A stretch of DNA of 59,879 nt, the filler included, from Sphacelaria rigidula (Eukaryota): NCBI GenBank assembly GCA_964200075.2. It is 9 parts of 9 records of this genome, joined end to end, with 100 filler letters (N's around TTAATTAATTAA, not from the genome) between each part and the next. Parts side by side here need not be neighbours in the genome. Positions count along the whole stretch, not along the records: positions 19,996 to 26,560 come from CAXNAA020019320.1; positions 26,661 to 33,224 come from CAXNAA020019321.1; positions 33,325 to 39,888 come from CAXNAA020019322.1; 6 more parts are not named here. One strand, 5' to 3'. Under the pieces are notes generated by a model, which saw only the letters and a list, made by a program, of their open reading frames with translations, searched no databases and was not told the origin of the DNA. Positions 23,276 through 36,123 of this stretch are shown here, piece by piece. How positions within the stretch are numbered: the stretch's first letter is position 1; the number at the start of each line of letters is the position of its first letter. The position numbers and the translations under genes were made by a program.

Positions 23276-24040
23276 ATTATCATCATCATTATCATCATCA
23301 GTTTCTATTTGCCGCACTTTGAACCTTTCCCCTTCCTCGGGATGAGTCCGTGGTCTCGAGGGACCAACCCGTCTCTCCCCCGGTACACGCCTTGGGTTTC
23401 GGTCTAGCGGGTCGGGTCAGCACTCCCCCACCGCATCAACCCACATCAAACAAACTCAGTCGATTAGTTTCTTCACTCACGTTCTCGCGCTTTCCACGAT
23501 GGAAATCAGACATTGCGAAGAAAACACCCAACGCACCGGGAATCGAACCCTCGTTCTCTCCACTCTCATGGCGACAGTCGGACCGACTGCAGATGGACAA
23601 CTTCGCTGTCTCGCCGTATTTTCTCACTTTGGGCGAGAAAATTCAACCGTAGATAACATGGGCACAAAGGTCTCTGCCGTCTACCTGACCCCTCATGCAC
23701 ATACTACCTTAGCTTCACACTGTAGTGTTGGTGTGAAGCACTAAGCAGAGACATGAGCAGCATGCAGCAGACTGTGTTCATTGGAGACCGATGGCACCCT
23801 GACTGTTTTTTGCCGTTCTATCGAGCGACGATATACAGCACACATACTGACTCTGCATGCATTTGACTGCAAGATCAAAACCGGTCAAGGGCTGTCCGGG
23901 ACTATCTTGTATATACAGATGCCCAGTCCACATGTTGATGAAAAAAAGCCGTTTTGTGTAGCGAGAAAAACAGCTCTTGTGAACTCTAAATGTGGCATAG
24001 TCCATCTGAGTCCATCCGAAGGGGGTTCGCCGTCCGGAGG
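22936..24040 (+). mobile_element. Non-autonomous piggyBac-like element, copy A (interrupted by a SINE)
   Basis: TGAA|CCTTAGCCAGCGA ... TCGCCGTCCGGAGG|TTAA; 22936-23203 and 23740-24040 are reverse complements of the two ends of copy B (24274-25023). Confidence 0.75.
23207..23590 (-). mobile_element. tRNA-derived SINE family B with long (AAT)n/(GAT)n tail
   Basis: Minus-strand B box GGTTCGATTCCC at ~23538-23550; body shared with 35255-35445, 36967-37158 and 56642-56970; about 21 perfect ATT units at 23207-23270. Confidence 0.8.
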
Positions 24041-24173
24041 TTAAGCCATCTAGGAACAAATGTGAAGTGGACCTCTCACGGCGTTTTTTTTTTGTCTCGC
24101 TGCATTTTCTCATAGCCCACTTTTTTTTACTAGAGACAGCCTCAGTCAAACAAACTCTTCATTTGGTCTCGTG

Positions 24174-24270
24174 TTGACCCTTTGACCGCGAGGGTAGTTT
24201 ATCTAGATCATGCGTAATTTTTTCAAGGGAAATTGATGCCGATTCAACAGATGACCTACCCTCGCTGTCT
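24174..24270. mobile_element. ~110-bp piggyBac-like MITE, copy 3 (right TIR split by insertion of element B)
   Basis: TTGACCCTTTGACCGCGAGGGTAG ... CTACCCTCGCTGTCT; the TIR remainder AAGGGTTA reappears at ~25026-25033. Confidence 0.7.
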
Positions 24271-24273
24271 GAA

Positions 24274-25023
24274 CCCTTAGACAGCGACCCCCCCCGCAGG
24301 TGAACTGAGTTGGACTACGCCACATGTGGGGTTCAGAACAGCTCTCTCGCTACACAAAACGCCTCTTTTTCATTATCATGCGGATGCTGGGCATTTATAT
24401 AGGAAAACATTTCGGAGAACCTCTAACCGGTTTTGACCGTGCAATCAGTAGCGTACAGAGTGAGTACGTGTGCGGTATGTCTCCGCTGGATACAACGGCA
24501 AGAAACAGCCAGTGTGCCATCGCTCTCAACTGAATACAATTTACTGCATGCTGCTGATGTCTCTGCTTAGTGTTCAACAACGATGCCACAGACAGCAGTA
24601 TAAAGCTATGCTGGCGGCACGTCAGGCGTCAAACAGGCGGCACAGACCTCGACCTGAGTACGGAACAAGTTATTTGTACCCATGTCATCTATGCTTGAAC
24701 TGCAGTGACCAAAATGAGATATGCTACTAGACAGCGAAGTAGTCTACCTGCAGTCCACCCGTAGGGGAACTACGTGCTCATTTTCACGGCCGTGATTGGT
24801 CAGAATGGTCATTTCGCGCCTCTCGGGCCTCGTTCCTGGCTTAGAATCTTCCGCAGGAATCTTCCAAACAAACATGGTTGACTTGGTGAGCTTTTCGGCT
24901 GCTCTGCGGTCAGACACCCCCCCTCCCCTAAAAAGCCACCCCCACCGGGAACTGGAAACCTCCGGATGTCCCCGGGCTGTCAGCATGTGAAATTATTCTG
25001 AGGCGACGCTCGCTGTCTAAGGG
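24274..25023 (-). mobile_element. 750-bp non-autonomous piggyBac-like element, copy B
   Basis: Perfect 14-bp TIRs CCCTTAGACAGCGA / TCGCTGTCTAAGGG, flanked by TGAA and TTAA; no transposase ORF. Confidence 0.85.
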
Positions 25024-25061
25024 TTAAGGGTTACAGATGGACCACCTTCGCGGCCAAGGGG

Positions 25062-25167
25062 TGAACCCTTATACAGCGAGAGTAGGTCATCCGTTGAATC
25101 GGCATCAATTTCACTTGAAATAAGTATACATGGCCCGGATGGACTACCCTCGCGGTCTTCAGGTTAA
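25062..25167. mobile_element. ~110-bp piggyBac-like MITE, copy 4
   Basis: TGAACCCTTATACAGCGAGAGTAGG ... CTACCCTCGCGGTCTTCAGGTTAA. Confidence 0.75.
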
Positions 25168-25492
25168 CGAGTCGAGAAAAATGAAAACCCACGGTGGAAA
25201 TGAGAAGGATTCTGGCTGTTTTCTTGATTATTTTCTCGTCCTTCCAATTGGTTGAGGCCTGATGCCCCATTCTCATCGCCCCCGAAATCACCTTCACAAA
25301 AAATGAATTATTTGGAATAAAAAAAAGAAGCGAGAACGGAGGAACAATCCGACGATAATGGACAAGGGAATATCAAAATGATTGCCACGCTTGAGCTGTT
25401 TGGCCGATCACGGGGTACACAGCTGGCTTTCCCATCAGCATTGCCACTGTTGGCGTGTTGTCACGTTTCCACCATACTTTTGTTTGTTTCGT

Positions 25493-25950
25493 TGACCCTT
25501 AGACTACGTCACATTTGGGGTTTATAACAGCAGTTTTTCTCGCTGCACAAGACGTTTTTTTTCATCAACAAATGGCTGGTGGGCATCTATATAGAAAATA
25601 GTCCAAGGCACCCCAGCTCCTGACCGGTTTTGACCCTGCAATCAATTGCGTGCAGAGTCAGTGTGTGTTGTGCACGTCTTCGCTGGATAAGACGGCAAGA
25701 AACAATCAGCGCGCTATCGCTCTCCACTGAACACCGTCTATTGCATGCTGCCGATATCTCTGCTTCATGTCTCATAACACTACAGGCAGTGTGACGCTAT
25801 GCTGGCAACACAAAGGAGGGCAGGCAGGCAGCAAAATACCGTGATCAGCGTAAACACCACGTTATTTATGCCCATCTCACCTATGGTTGAATTGACATGA
25901 CCAGGAAGAGAAAATACGGCTAGCCTGTGAGGTAGTCCATCGTTAGTCCA
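25493..25950 (-). mobile_element. Non-autonomous piggyBac-like element, partial copy C
   Basis: Starts TTGACCCTTAGAC and aligns with 24310-24620; 25850-25950 matches the reverse complement of ~23590-23680. Confidence 0.7.
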
Positions 25951-26069
25951 GGTCCAGGGGAACAAGCGTGCATTCTGATCTATCTCTCGATATGGTCACT
26001 CCGCACCTCTCATAGGCCTTTATCGTTGATGCTCGTACCGCGCTTCTCGATACTATAATCGCATGTAAA

Positions 26070-26430
26070 GTGGGGCCACGAGCAGCGCGGCGTGGGCGCG
26101 TATCCGAGTATATAGCTCCCAACTCTACGATCAACCCAACGCCCAGCTATCCTTGAAAAAGTCCGGCTGCTTAAAGCGGAGGTGGTGGAAGCTCTGTTGT
26201 ATGGATGTGCCACATGGGCTTCATGTTCTGAGGGCTTCGACAGTCTGCGGGTTGCCCATCTCAAGGTCTTGCTGCGAGTGGTTGGATTCCGCAGGGAATA
26301 TCGAAGTGGCTACAAGACTCTTTCGTACAGAGTGGTGCCTGAGATGACCAACGGCGGACGTATCGAGAGGACTATCCGCAAACGTCAACTCTGGTTCGCG
26401 TAAGCCCTTGTTCGGCAGAAGGAAACACGC
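26070..26430 (+). mobile_element. RTE-like LINE ORF2 fragment (region C-terminal to RT), frameshifted with stop
   Basis: SAAWARIR...LYDQPN.QLSLK / VRLLKAEVVEALLYGCATW...LRVAHLKVLLRVVG...IERTIRKRQLWFA*ALVR matches the LLYG.E.W...R.LR.I.G...I..R.L.W.GH..R pattern of RTE-clade LINEs. Confidence 0.85.
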
Positions 26431-26560
26431 AAACGCATCATCATAACAGCACGAGGGCCCAAGGAGCCCCCCCCCCCCCCCCCCCCCCCCCCCCCCACCC
26501 CCAAACAACCCCCACCCGACACCCCCACCCCCCGCACCACCGCACCCGACCACCCAACCC

Positions 26561-26660
26561 NNNNNNNNNNNNNNNNNNNNNNNNNNNNNNNNNNNNNNNN
26601 NNNNTTAATTAATTAANNNNNNNNNNNNNNNNNNNNNNNNNNNNNNNNNNNNNNNNNNNN
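26561..26660. other. Artificial contig-joining spacer
   Basis: 44 N + TTAATTAATTAA + 44 N. Confidence 0.99.
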
Positions 26661-28163
26661 GACCACCCCTGAGGGGGGGGGGTATAAACCGTTTTCCAGT
26701 CTGTAAGGCCCCTTGCTCAAGCATTACCGTGTTGTGTACCTTTGCCTGCCAATCAGGTATAATACCTTATTTTTTTTTCTTCAATTTTTACAACTTTGGG
26801 GTGCATAGAGCCGGGCGGACTAGGACGATGCGTTGTTGCACGATCACCATGTGCCACGCTTTGTGTTCTTTTTTTTTTTCGCCTTCTCACGCAAGTGCAC
26901 CGCTCTCGCACGGGAAAAACAAGAGACAACAGTATTGACGTGGCACTCATTATATGTACTTCGAGTGTCTTGTGTTCCGTCATACGGCGTGAGACACCCT
27001 CGGTCACTGCCTGTCCAACTTCAAATTTCTTCATAAATTCGGCGATGTAGACGCTGAAACATGGATTGGGGAAAGGCCCGGTACTTCTGTCAGTTCCCGG
27101 ACTCCTTTTCCTGTGCAGGATCTTCTGTTTCGAGATATAGTTTGTTGACGTGCACACTGGACAGTGTAATATGCCTGTACAATATACACCGTACACTGTA
27201 CGAAAGTGCCAGTATTGTAGTCACTTCGCGCACTACACTCGAAAATTGCAAGGTCATCAATATCATCAGTAAAATTTCCCTGAGAAATCATACAATAATT
27301 CACCCATGCGTCCCAAGAACCTTTCCCACCCACCACTAGATGATATTCGCCTTCTGCCGGCGGCACAAGTAGCAGTATGTGCGAGAGCAACACGTCGTCG
27401 ATGTGGCTCGGACACAAAGAATGCTCGTGCGGGTAACGCTGATGCGTGGCAGCCTCTGATTGTGGTCCTGTTGCTGCAACTGCTCCTTGACTCCGCAGCA
27501 GCCAAAACTCGCCACCCTCGTGTCACAAAAGGTGAAGCAAGGGTCCGTCGCAACGACATTAGTCAGCAGCTACAACTGGCTGTACCTGTCACTCTTTACT
27601 CTGGTCTGGCGCGAGGCGATTGTCGGCGATGACAACCCTACTCGTAGCTGTTGCTTATGTTTTTTTTTAACACCCTTCTCGAGAGCGTATCGCAATCGGC
27701 TCCGTGGGATCTATGAAGTCATCGGCTTGAAATATTCTTGGTATACAGCAATATATCAAGGATATATGCACAGAAGAAGCAGAATCTGTGACTGGAATCC
27801 GCCTATCACAGCGTACATGGGCAGCAGGGCCGAGCGAAATGCAACTCAAATCATGGATTATGATCACTCTCTTTCGAATTATTAAATTATGACTTTAGAT
27901 AGTGAAACAGATTTGAGAGCTCTTCACTCTTCGCTCTCTCAACTTTTCTAGTAGGCCCTTGCAGACGACAGTACACGCGGTGCAGCACAGCATACAGCAC
28001 AGCCTGTAACTGCCTTTAACACCATTGCAACAAGATTTTTTGTCGCCACTTCTGAGAGAAAGAACAAACAGTTTGTCTCTGGTTGTGTAGTCGACTCATC
28101 GAGGCAGCGTGTGAGCTCCGTTTTAGAACCCTTCTTTACTTCCCACTAGCTTAGCTTAGCATC

Positions 28164-28358
28164 ATGGCGAACATAATGGGACCGCTCGACGCAGCCACGG
28201 CGGCTGTAGTACGCGACTATCATGTGGAGCCTCGCATGGAGTACCGTACTATCTCCGGTGTTAACGGGCCGCTGGTTATCCTGGAGAACGTTAAACTGCC
28301 CAAGTACGCGGAGATTGTGGACCTCACCTTGTCCACGGGCGAGAAGCGACAAGGCCAG
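28164..28358 (+). CDS. VHA-B: V-type H+-ATPase subunit B, exon 1
   Basis: [65 protein letters not shown]; donor CAG|GTAGG, phase 0. Confidence 0.96.
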
Positions 28359-31305
28359 GTAGGAACGTCTTCACGGTACACAGGGGTCCCGAGATGTTTG
28401 GGGACACTGTACGGTATGCGTGTGTGTGCAGAGCGGTGCGTTTTTTTGTGTTTAGTGGGGGTGTTGGGAGGCATGATACAGACGGGATCGGAGTGGCTTA
28501 TACCAACGGAGATACTGGGACCTTGCGTACACCTAGCTGCTGTGCGTTTGTCTCCCGTGTGTGTATAGTGGTGTGATGAGATGGGTCGTTGTCTTGCTCG
28601 TGTCTGGAAAGTGCTGGTTCCTTTCATATGCAAAAACGTGTCCGTAGTCTGGCACTGGGGAAGAAAATGGAATCGGAGCCCACGAGGGCGCAGGAATATG
28701 GCGTCACCCCCTCGTGTTTTTGCACACAAACCCCACCACCGCCGTGGCCTACCGTGGTGTGCTGTGGTGAGAGGAGATAGGGTTGAGATCAAGGGGTTGA
28801 TGCCAATACCCTCGTTGGGCCGCTGCTCTTTCACGGTTGCAAGTCGCACCTGGAAATAGTGTCATGTGGGTGTAACTTTGGTCCCGTGAGGCGTATTCCG
28901 CCGATGATGCTTTTCGTTGGCAGTATAGGCAGCTGAAATCGACGTTTTCCACTTTTGATGTAATTGCCTGCGGATGCTGGTGTTTGTTCATCGCGGCCTG
29001 TGTACACGTTGTACACCGCCGGCTTGACCGTACGTAAAACGTGCGTGCATGGTGACAGACATTTGTTTAGGGTGCCGAGAAGTCGTGGAGCGCGTTGCCG
29101 CTTTCGCGAGTTCCATGTTAGCATATGCGGCTTGTTTGATCGTGTCGAGAACATCAGTATGCTGTAGTACGTCTCTTGGGGCGGTCGGCGTACAGCTCGA
29201 TATCCTTGCCGCCCGCCGCCTTCCCGGGCGCACAGCCTATGCGTGCCATCAAGAGCAACGGAAGTTTGACATCGCTTCCCCCCCCGTTCATGATGAAAAC
29301 ACCCCCGTTCATCGTGAGCTCTATCGATCTGGATAGGTTCATTGATGTTTCTCATTGTTCACTTTTGGGGCAACATGCTGTATATTGTTGTGCAGTACAT
29401 ACTACAATCATGCGTTTGGCGCCCCTTCGTCGTACGTTTGCACAGTCGATTTTGAGTTTTCACGGGAGACAAACCAAAACAACCTCAAGAAACATGATCC
29501 GATCATCTTAGCACAGGACAACACCGACAATAAATACGCGAGATCCTCACACAGTCAAGAACTAACGAGGTTCTCGTGACCGTGCGTGCTTGCTCGATAT
29601 TCCACGTGCCTGAGCCGCCCCTGCCTGTTCTCCGTCATTTTTTTGGTCCAAGATTTGCTGAATTTTGCCCATTTTGCTCAGACCCCCTCCCAGCTTTTAG
29701 CTCCATATCCTGGCATAGTACCGTATGCGATCTATTACCTGTGTAATTTGAAGTCCAGACAAGTGATGTGACGTGTACAGATCGTGTAGCACAGACGCTA
29801 CACACGGTTTTGTTCAACGCTATGTTTTCCTGTCCCGACTTCGTCCAACAGTCACCCTGAGTTATCTCTCGACCGTGTGTAGCTTCGCAAGCAAAAAATA
29901 ATCTAGAGCGAGAAAGTTGCCGACCTTGGTATCGGGGCGCCGATGCAAAAAACAGCTCGTGCCACGGAAGGGTATAGGATACATACTATAGTACAACGTC
30001 GATATCTTCTCGTGTAATGTTTTGGCGCTTTGAGCATTGTTTGGGTCACTGTACTGACCGCCATACAGTCCATCACCACTATCCCACTACAGTACCTTCT
30101 GCAAAGCTTCAACCCTCATCTCAAATGAAGTAACCCACGCCCTTAAATATCTCCCTGATAAAGTATATTTATTTCGACGGGTGTGTTCATGGCAAAAATG
30201 TCCAGGCATCTCGACGAGTCCGTAAATCCTTGACCCTTGTCCTTTTCGTCTGCGGGAGGGGGGGGGGAAACAAGGATAGCGCGCAAGTACCCGTACCCGC
30301 CGTCAAACTCAAGCCGCTTTTTTTTAATTATGCCACACTTCCAACCCTTTTCCTTCCTCAGTTTGAGTGCGAGGTCTTGAGGCGTCTCTCCCCCAATACT
30401 TTTCTCGCGAAATTTATTTCCTCGTGATGTCTCTCAATCTCCGGGTCTCGGGTATGTTTGACAGTAGTTGAACCTTCGAGCTTGAGATACCTCTGATGGT
30501 CAGTTATGCACGAGGGGAAGGTCCTATATGCACTCCCCCCCTCTCACGATTTTTCCCTGTGGAACTTTTGCGGAGATTTAATTTTTCTCTCTCCTGTTGT
30601 TGATACGATCGCACGAGACTGTACGGGAGGGCTCCGACTTGATAATTTTGTCGCTCAACTTATTTATGCCCTTGCCTCCAGTTCCCTGTGTCGTACGGCT
30701 GGTTTCTCCAGAGAGCAACAAGGCGGCGTTGGCCCGCGTGCTCGAAGCTGTCGCCTGCGCTGTTGCGTATAATTTTTTGCATCTTATTCTGTGTGTGTGT
30801 TTCCGTTGTGGTGGACTGTCCTTGCTGTTTCATAGGTCCATGTCTGTAGTATAGTAGGTGGCCTGCACGATGTTGTTGAACTTTCCCGCACATCCGGTAG
30901 TGTTTGCATTCAAATGCGTACAAGGAGATAGGGTAGCCTCGAAATGTAGCTGCAGTAGTATGGGTACACTCGCTAATGAGATTAATGGACTATCGAGAAA
31001 CAACCGAGTAAGGCCTCCGATGTGTGCAATATAGAACTGAAAACGGCTAAAGGGAAGGCAACAGGCATCACGTCCATCGAGTGTTTTTGGTAACACCATC
31101 TTGGAAATAGAGTGTCACTGTCAGCGGTCATTATTTCAGCACTCGTGGGAGTATTTTATGCATGAGCTTTACTGAAATGAATCTCGGTACGCGCCCCAGG
31201 AGTCGTGTTTCGAAAACTCGCCTCCCTACCCCTCGCACTCGCCCTGCCGCCCTGCACGTCGTTACCTGATCTCCTGGCTCAACCATCGAATATGATGATC
31301 ATCAG

Positions 31306-31441
31306 ATCCTGGAAGTGTTCGGGAGCCGAGCTGTGGTGCAGGTGTTCGAAGGCACTTCGGGTATCGACAACAGGAACACTCGCGTGTCGTTTACTGGCGA
31401 TGTGCTGAAGATGGCCATCTCCGAGGAGATGCTTGGGCGAG
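31306..31441 (+). CDS. VHA-B: V-type H+-ATPase subunit B, exon 2
   Basis: [51 protein letters not shown]; donor G|GTGGGT, phase 1. Confidence 0.96.
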
Positions 31442-31916
31442 GTGGGTACAGTTAAAATTCCGTTGACGAAGCCCAAACGTGGAACAATCTTTTGCGAATC
31501 AGTTTTGGTTGCAGTGACGACATGTAAGAGGGATGTTGAGAAAGGGTGTACCGTGCTCAACGCGGATGCCCTAGGGAAGACGGTTTAGCACGGCATGTTG
31601 ACATACGCGGTAATGGGCAGTGACAAGGAGGGGGTTATTTTTCGAAGTATGGCGACAAGCATGCGTCTCGGATGATACCATTTGAAGCTGATATATCGCG
31701 CGCTTTTGCGGGTGGTTCGACTGCAGTGTACTCCTTTTATGGGGGAATGCCAGAAGCAATGCCTTGCTTGCCGTACGTACAAATCTTCGAGGGAAATCAT
31801 TTTCTCGTGTGCCCAATTTTGATGGTCCCGCGAGCGATGTCGCCGGGAGTAGTCTTGATACCATATGTTTTTCATCCGTGATGCTCATGTCCCTCTCCCC
31901 TTCTTCCAACTACCAG

Positions 31917-32026
31917 CCTTCAACGGGTCGGGTAAGTGCATCGACAACGCCCCGCCTGTGCTAGCGGAAGACTACCTGGACATCATGGGACAACCCATCA
32001 ACCCCTCGTGCCGAGACTACCCCAAG
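31917..32026 (+). CDS. VHA-B: V-type H+-ATPase subunit B, exon 3
   Basis: Pyrimidine tract + CAG|CC; (A)[36 protein letters not shown]; donor AAG|GTGAG. Confidence 0.96.
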
Positions 32027-32514
32027 GTGAGCTTGGCCGCCGTATTTGTTCCCCTGTTGTTTCCTGCTATCTCGAGCCGATGATGTAGGCGGGCTTGCCG
32101 GATATCTTGGCAATTATGCTAGGTACAAGAGTCTTTCGTCATGCCCGCGTGTCCGGCGTTGCTTCGACTTGTCCAGCTTTGCCGGTGGCTGGGGCTCGGG
32201 CTCGGGTTTGGCTAAGCCTGATTACACGTCCATCGCTCACTGTGATCGCGCGCGCCGTGCCGTGCCCTCCGTTAGGTGCCGCCACTGTCGTGCTTGTTTG
32301 ACTTCGCGTATGCTCTGCTTGCTATGGTTCGCTTATACTCCGATGTAGTGCTCTATTATTTCTTCTTTGAGACGCGTGGTCACACAGCTGCCATACGGGT
32401 AGTAGCATCTTCCCATTGTGCTGCTCCTACCTGTCGTGTATGGTCGCTCTGTTTTTCGCTATATCGACCGCGCATTTTCACCTCCTCTGGGTTTGCACGA
32501 TCGCGTTTTTACAG

Positions 32515-32640
32515 GCCATGATCCAGACCGGTATCTCGGCCATTGACGTGATGAACAGTGTTGCACGAGGACAGAAGATCCCCCTCTTCTCCGCCGCCGG
32601 TCTGCCCCACAACGAAGTAGCTGCGCAGATCTGTCGGCAG
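32515..32640 (+). CDS. VHA-B: V-type H+-ATPase subunit B, exon 4 (gene continues beyond contig end)
   Basis: [54 protein letters not shown], the subunit B signature lacking Walker A GKT; donor CAG|GTGAT. Confidence 0.96.
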
Positions 32641-33224
32641 GTGATGACGGGCACGTACAAGAATGTACACAGTACGCACGTTTCTTGTGTGTGCCGGTTG
32701 GCTACACGTGTTTTGTATTTCGATAAGTGGGTTGTTTTGTATGCCGGTGTGAAGTGTCCTTTTTTTTAATTGTTTTAATCTCTACAGAAGACGCGTCCCG
32801 CTGCTATACCGTTGTAGGACGCAAGACACAAGGCCGAGGCTTCAAATTGTCATCGTGGAGATGGTTAAGTACGTTGTTTTTTATTACGCGGACGGTGGAA
32901 TTAGCGGGGGGCCTTCTAGTGGCGTTATTTTCTCGAGGCCAAATTCCTTATTGAGGGGAAGAAAGGAGGCTGTTGCATCCGCGTTCTCACCGTCAGGTCG
33001 TGTCTAAAGAATCGCCCCTTTGATCCCAGGACCAATCTCGTGCTAGTATGGGTTGCTCATTTTTTATAAGGGGGGGGCGTACTCATTTGTTGCTTGCCTT
33101 GGTCGTTTGGCCATTGACCACGCATCCCTATCGAGACGGAGCTATTTTTTATAGGGGGGGGGGGGGGGGGGGGGGGGGGCAACCCATTCGTTGAATCGCT
33201 TGTTCTATTTACAATTTACCACGC

Positions 33225-33324
33225 NNNNNNNNNNNNNNNNNNNNNNNNNNNNNNNNNNNNNNNNNNNNTTAATTAATTAANNNNNNNNNNNNNNNNNNNN
33301 NNNNNNNNNNNNNNNNNNNNNNNN
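33225..33324. other. Artificial contig-joining spacer
   Basis: 44 N + TTAATTAATTAA + 44 N. Confidence 0.99.
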
Positions 33325-34205
33325 AAAAATACCCAGGTGACCCACACTTGCTGTCACGCGTTGACCATTTGACCGCTAAGGTCTGTCATTCGGTCACATC
33401 TACTTACGAGTTCTGCATAAACGTAGGCGGAGACGGTGGGCAAGTGCATGTATCTCTGAAGAAGCTCGGTTTTGTATTGCAGACTTTCTGTCCTCGTCGG
33501 TGCAGATGAATCAAACCGAGCACCTTTCCGACGTTGTCGTTAGGTATACTGTGGCCCCACGTTTCATAACCGTGTTGGACGAGAACGCTGGAGACGGGCG
33601 AAAAAATGTACACAGGACAGGACGGTGCAATGTAATTGTTATTCCCAATATAAATAGCGATGCTGAAAGCTGGAAACAGGCTAGTTCACCCGTTTTCGCT
33701 GCTCGATAACAATCATACTCGCAGAGCACACCCTCACATGGCCGTCTTCGTAACGGTCGGTCCCGGGAGGAAAAAATTAAAATGCAGCGCTTGACCCGAG
33801 GGTTGATGTATTTTTTTTCCATGTGCGTGGCAACAGCCTATATACTACAATCGCCTCCAAAGTGTGTAACGATCCCGTCATGTAGGAAAGCGTGCCGATC
33901 ACGAAGGAGAGTCCTATGGACGAGGAATAAAGAGGTATGTTTGTCTCGTACATGCTCCCTGTTCTACGGCGCCACACCATACCTTCACACGTTCGATATT
34001 GGTTTCGTGGTTCACCTGGTGTCCACCGATCATATATACATATTTCCGGCTACGAGATGTTGGAGTTGTGCGGTTCCGAAAATGAGCAGACTCATGTATT
34101 GGCGTTGGACGGTTCGAAAGGAAGTACAGGCCTCGCCGTCTTCATCTGCGATTGTCACCCAATACTTCGTTGTGTAGATATTTTTTTCGATCGCACGTGG
34201 CTACG

Positions 34206-34522
34206 TTTTGTCGGACAATTTAGATACGAGCTAGGCCGGCCTCAAACCTGAAATTCCTTTCACAAAACATATCTCGAGAACCGTGGCATGTCGCAAAGTG
34301 AACGTATCCCTTTGATCGGTGGATGGCCACGCGTGTGGTTGGACAGCGCTTAGTATACTTGATGGTGCTGATATAGGGGACAAAGTGGTGTCCCAAAATA
34401 TCCCGTCATGTGTATGAATGGAGGCCGGTTTTGGGTTCTCTTGTTGCGGTATGTTGTGCCAATATTTCAATGCGGTCATCTCGGCAATGAAGCGGAGGAT
34501 TGGAATGCGGTTTGTTGCGTGC
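34206..34522 (+). repeat. Direct repeat, copy 1 (copy 2 at 36124-36496)
   Basis: Shared TACGAGCTAGGCCGGCCTC, ACATATCTCGAGAACCG, TCGCAAAGTGAACGTATCC and TGTTGTGCCAATATTT. Confidence 0.85.
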
Positions 34523-35254
34523 TTTTGGTCGGTGACACTCTTTGAGCTTATTTCGGGGGGTCCGGCGCGCCAATAACTGTCGATGCGGTAATTTTCGAAG
34601 AAGCTTCTGATACCTGTTCAATGGTGGGACGAAGGTCATGATTCCCATCTTCAATTCGACTGTTGATTCGAATACGAGTTTGGTTTCTATATTTTACATG
34701 TTCGTGATTCGAGCGACACACTGTGTTGAAAACATGATGACAAACTGCCCGTCTTTCGTCAAACATATGCATCCTACCTTCTGCCCACAACCACTGACCA
34801 AACAGTTTTTTCTTCCCCTGGAATTTGTGCGGCATGAATCAAATGCACGGTTCCCCGGCCATTTTTTTTTGACAGAGCCCTTCATTTTGGTGCATATTCC
34901 GCAACTGCGGTTTGTCAGACACGACTCTTTGATTCATTTTCACCCTAGTTCGTGCGGCACAACTGTGGTGCATTGTGATAAACATGAGTTGTGGCACATA
35001 GCATACATGTTGCATGTCATTGATGTATTTGTAGTTGTCTGCAAGGGACGGGCGTTTTCGATCACCCTGGACGAGTGGATAAGCTTCCCCTCCTACAGCT
35101 AGGGTAGGGCATGTGTTGAGTCGGCATCGTGTTGACTTGATACGACAATTACGTGTTGACCATTCGGTGACACATATTTTCGGTGGGAAATGATACCGAT
35201 TCGATGTCCCGTCCCGGCGGCCAGAGGGTCGTCACGCAATATCAGAGAACGTCA

Positions 35255-35445
35255 TTCCATTCATTCATCCATTCACGTGTCGCACTTTGAACCTCTCCCC
35301 TTCCTCGAGACGAGCCCGTGGTCTCAAGGGACCAAGCCATGTCTGCCCCGGTACCCATTGATACGTGGATTTAGTGCTTGATTGTTCGCACGAATAAAAT
35401 CGATTAGTTCATACAGAGGAGATTATCTCCCGGTTCCCACCAGTC
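35255..35445 (-). mobile_element. SINE family B, 3' fragment with (GAAT)n-like tail
   Basis: CGCACTTTGAACCTCTCCCCTTCCTCG...CCGTGGTCTC matches 23313-23358. Confidence 0.75.
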
Positions 35446-36123
35446 AGGTTTATATCTTACAATAATATGCAGGCGGTGTTTTTGGAGATTAGGCACCCCA
35501 ACACAGTACACCAGGCGTCAGATGATACTGACACTCGACATATGTGTGGACTGAAGCCGCAGGTGACTGTTGACGCAACAGTTTCAGCAACCCAAGGCGT
35601 TTTATGCGCTGCGTGGCTCAAAATATTGATTATGGACAATGCTGCAGTGATTCCGAAAACATCAACACTTTCTGATGACAAATTTAGAGGGTAGACGATA
35701 CGGAATCCGCGGCGACGCAGAAGTAGATCTTGCCACCCTTGTTGTTGACGTCGCCCCCCTGTTGGTCCAGGCTGGCATCAAGGCCGTAGTTGAGGTTCTC
35801 CATACGATAGAGGCAGATGCCGCTCAGGTTTATACGCCGCGACGAGCAAGACGCGGCCGCACATCACAGGCAAGGAGATGAGTGTCTTCTGTCATAGACT
35901 ACTGCGGACCTGCTCGGGCAGGGGGCAACGTCTTTTTCCCCCACAGTGCCAGGCTTTGCGTGGGCATTACCACGACGGTCTGAAAATGACAGGGGCAGTT
36001 GCTGTAGTATTCTTAAATCAGGATCAATCAGATATTCTTCCGTGGTGTACTCCCACGTGAAGATATATACCTCTCTCTGGCACGCGCGTGATCACCCTTG
36101 GGCAGAGTTTTGACTCCGCTATT

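Noticed and set aside
23198..23407. Poly-Ile ORF as a membrane peptide
   Set aside because: It is a translation of the (ATT)n SINE tail.
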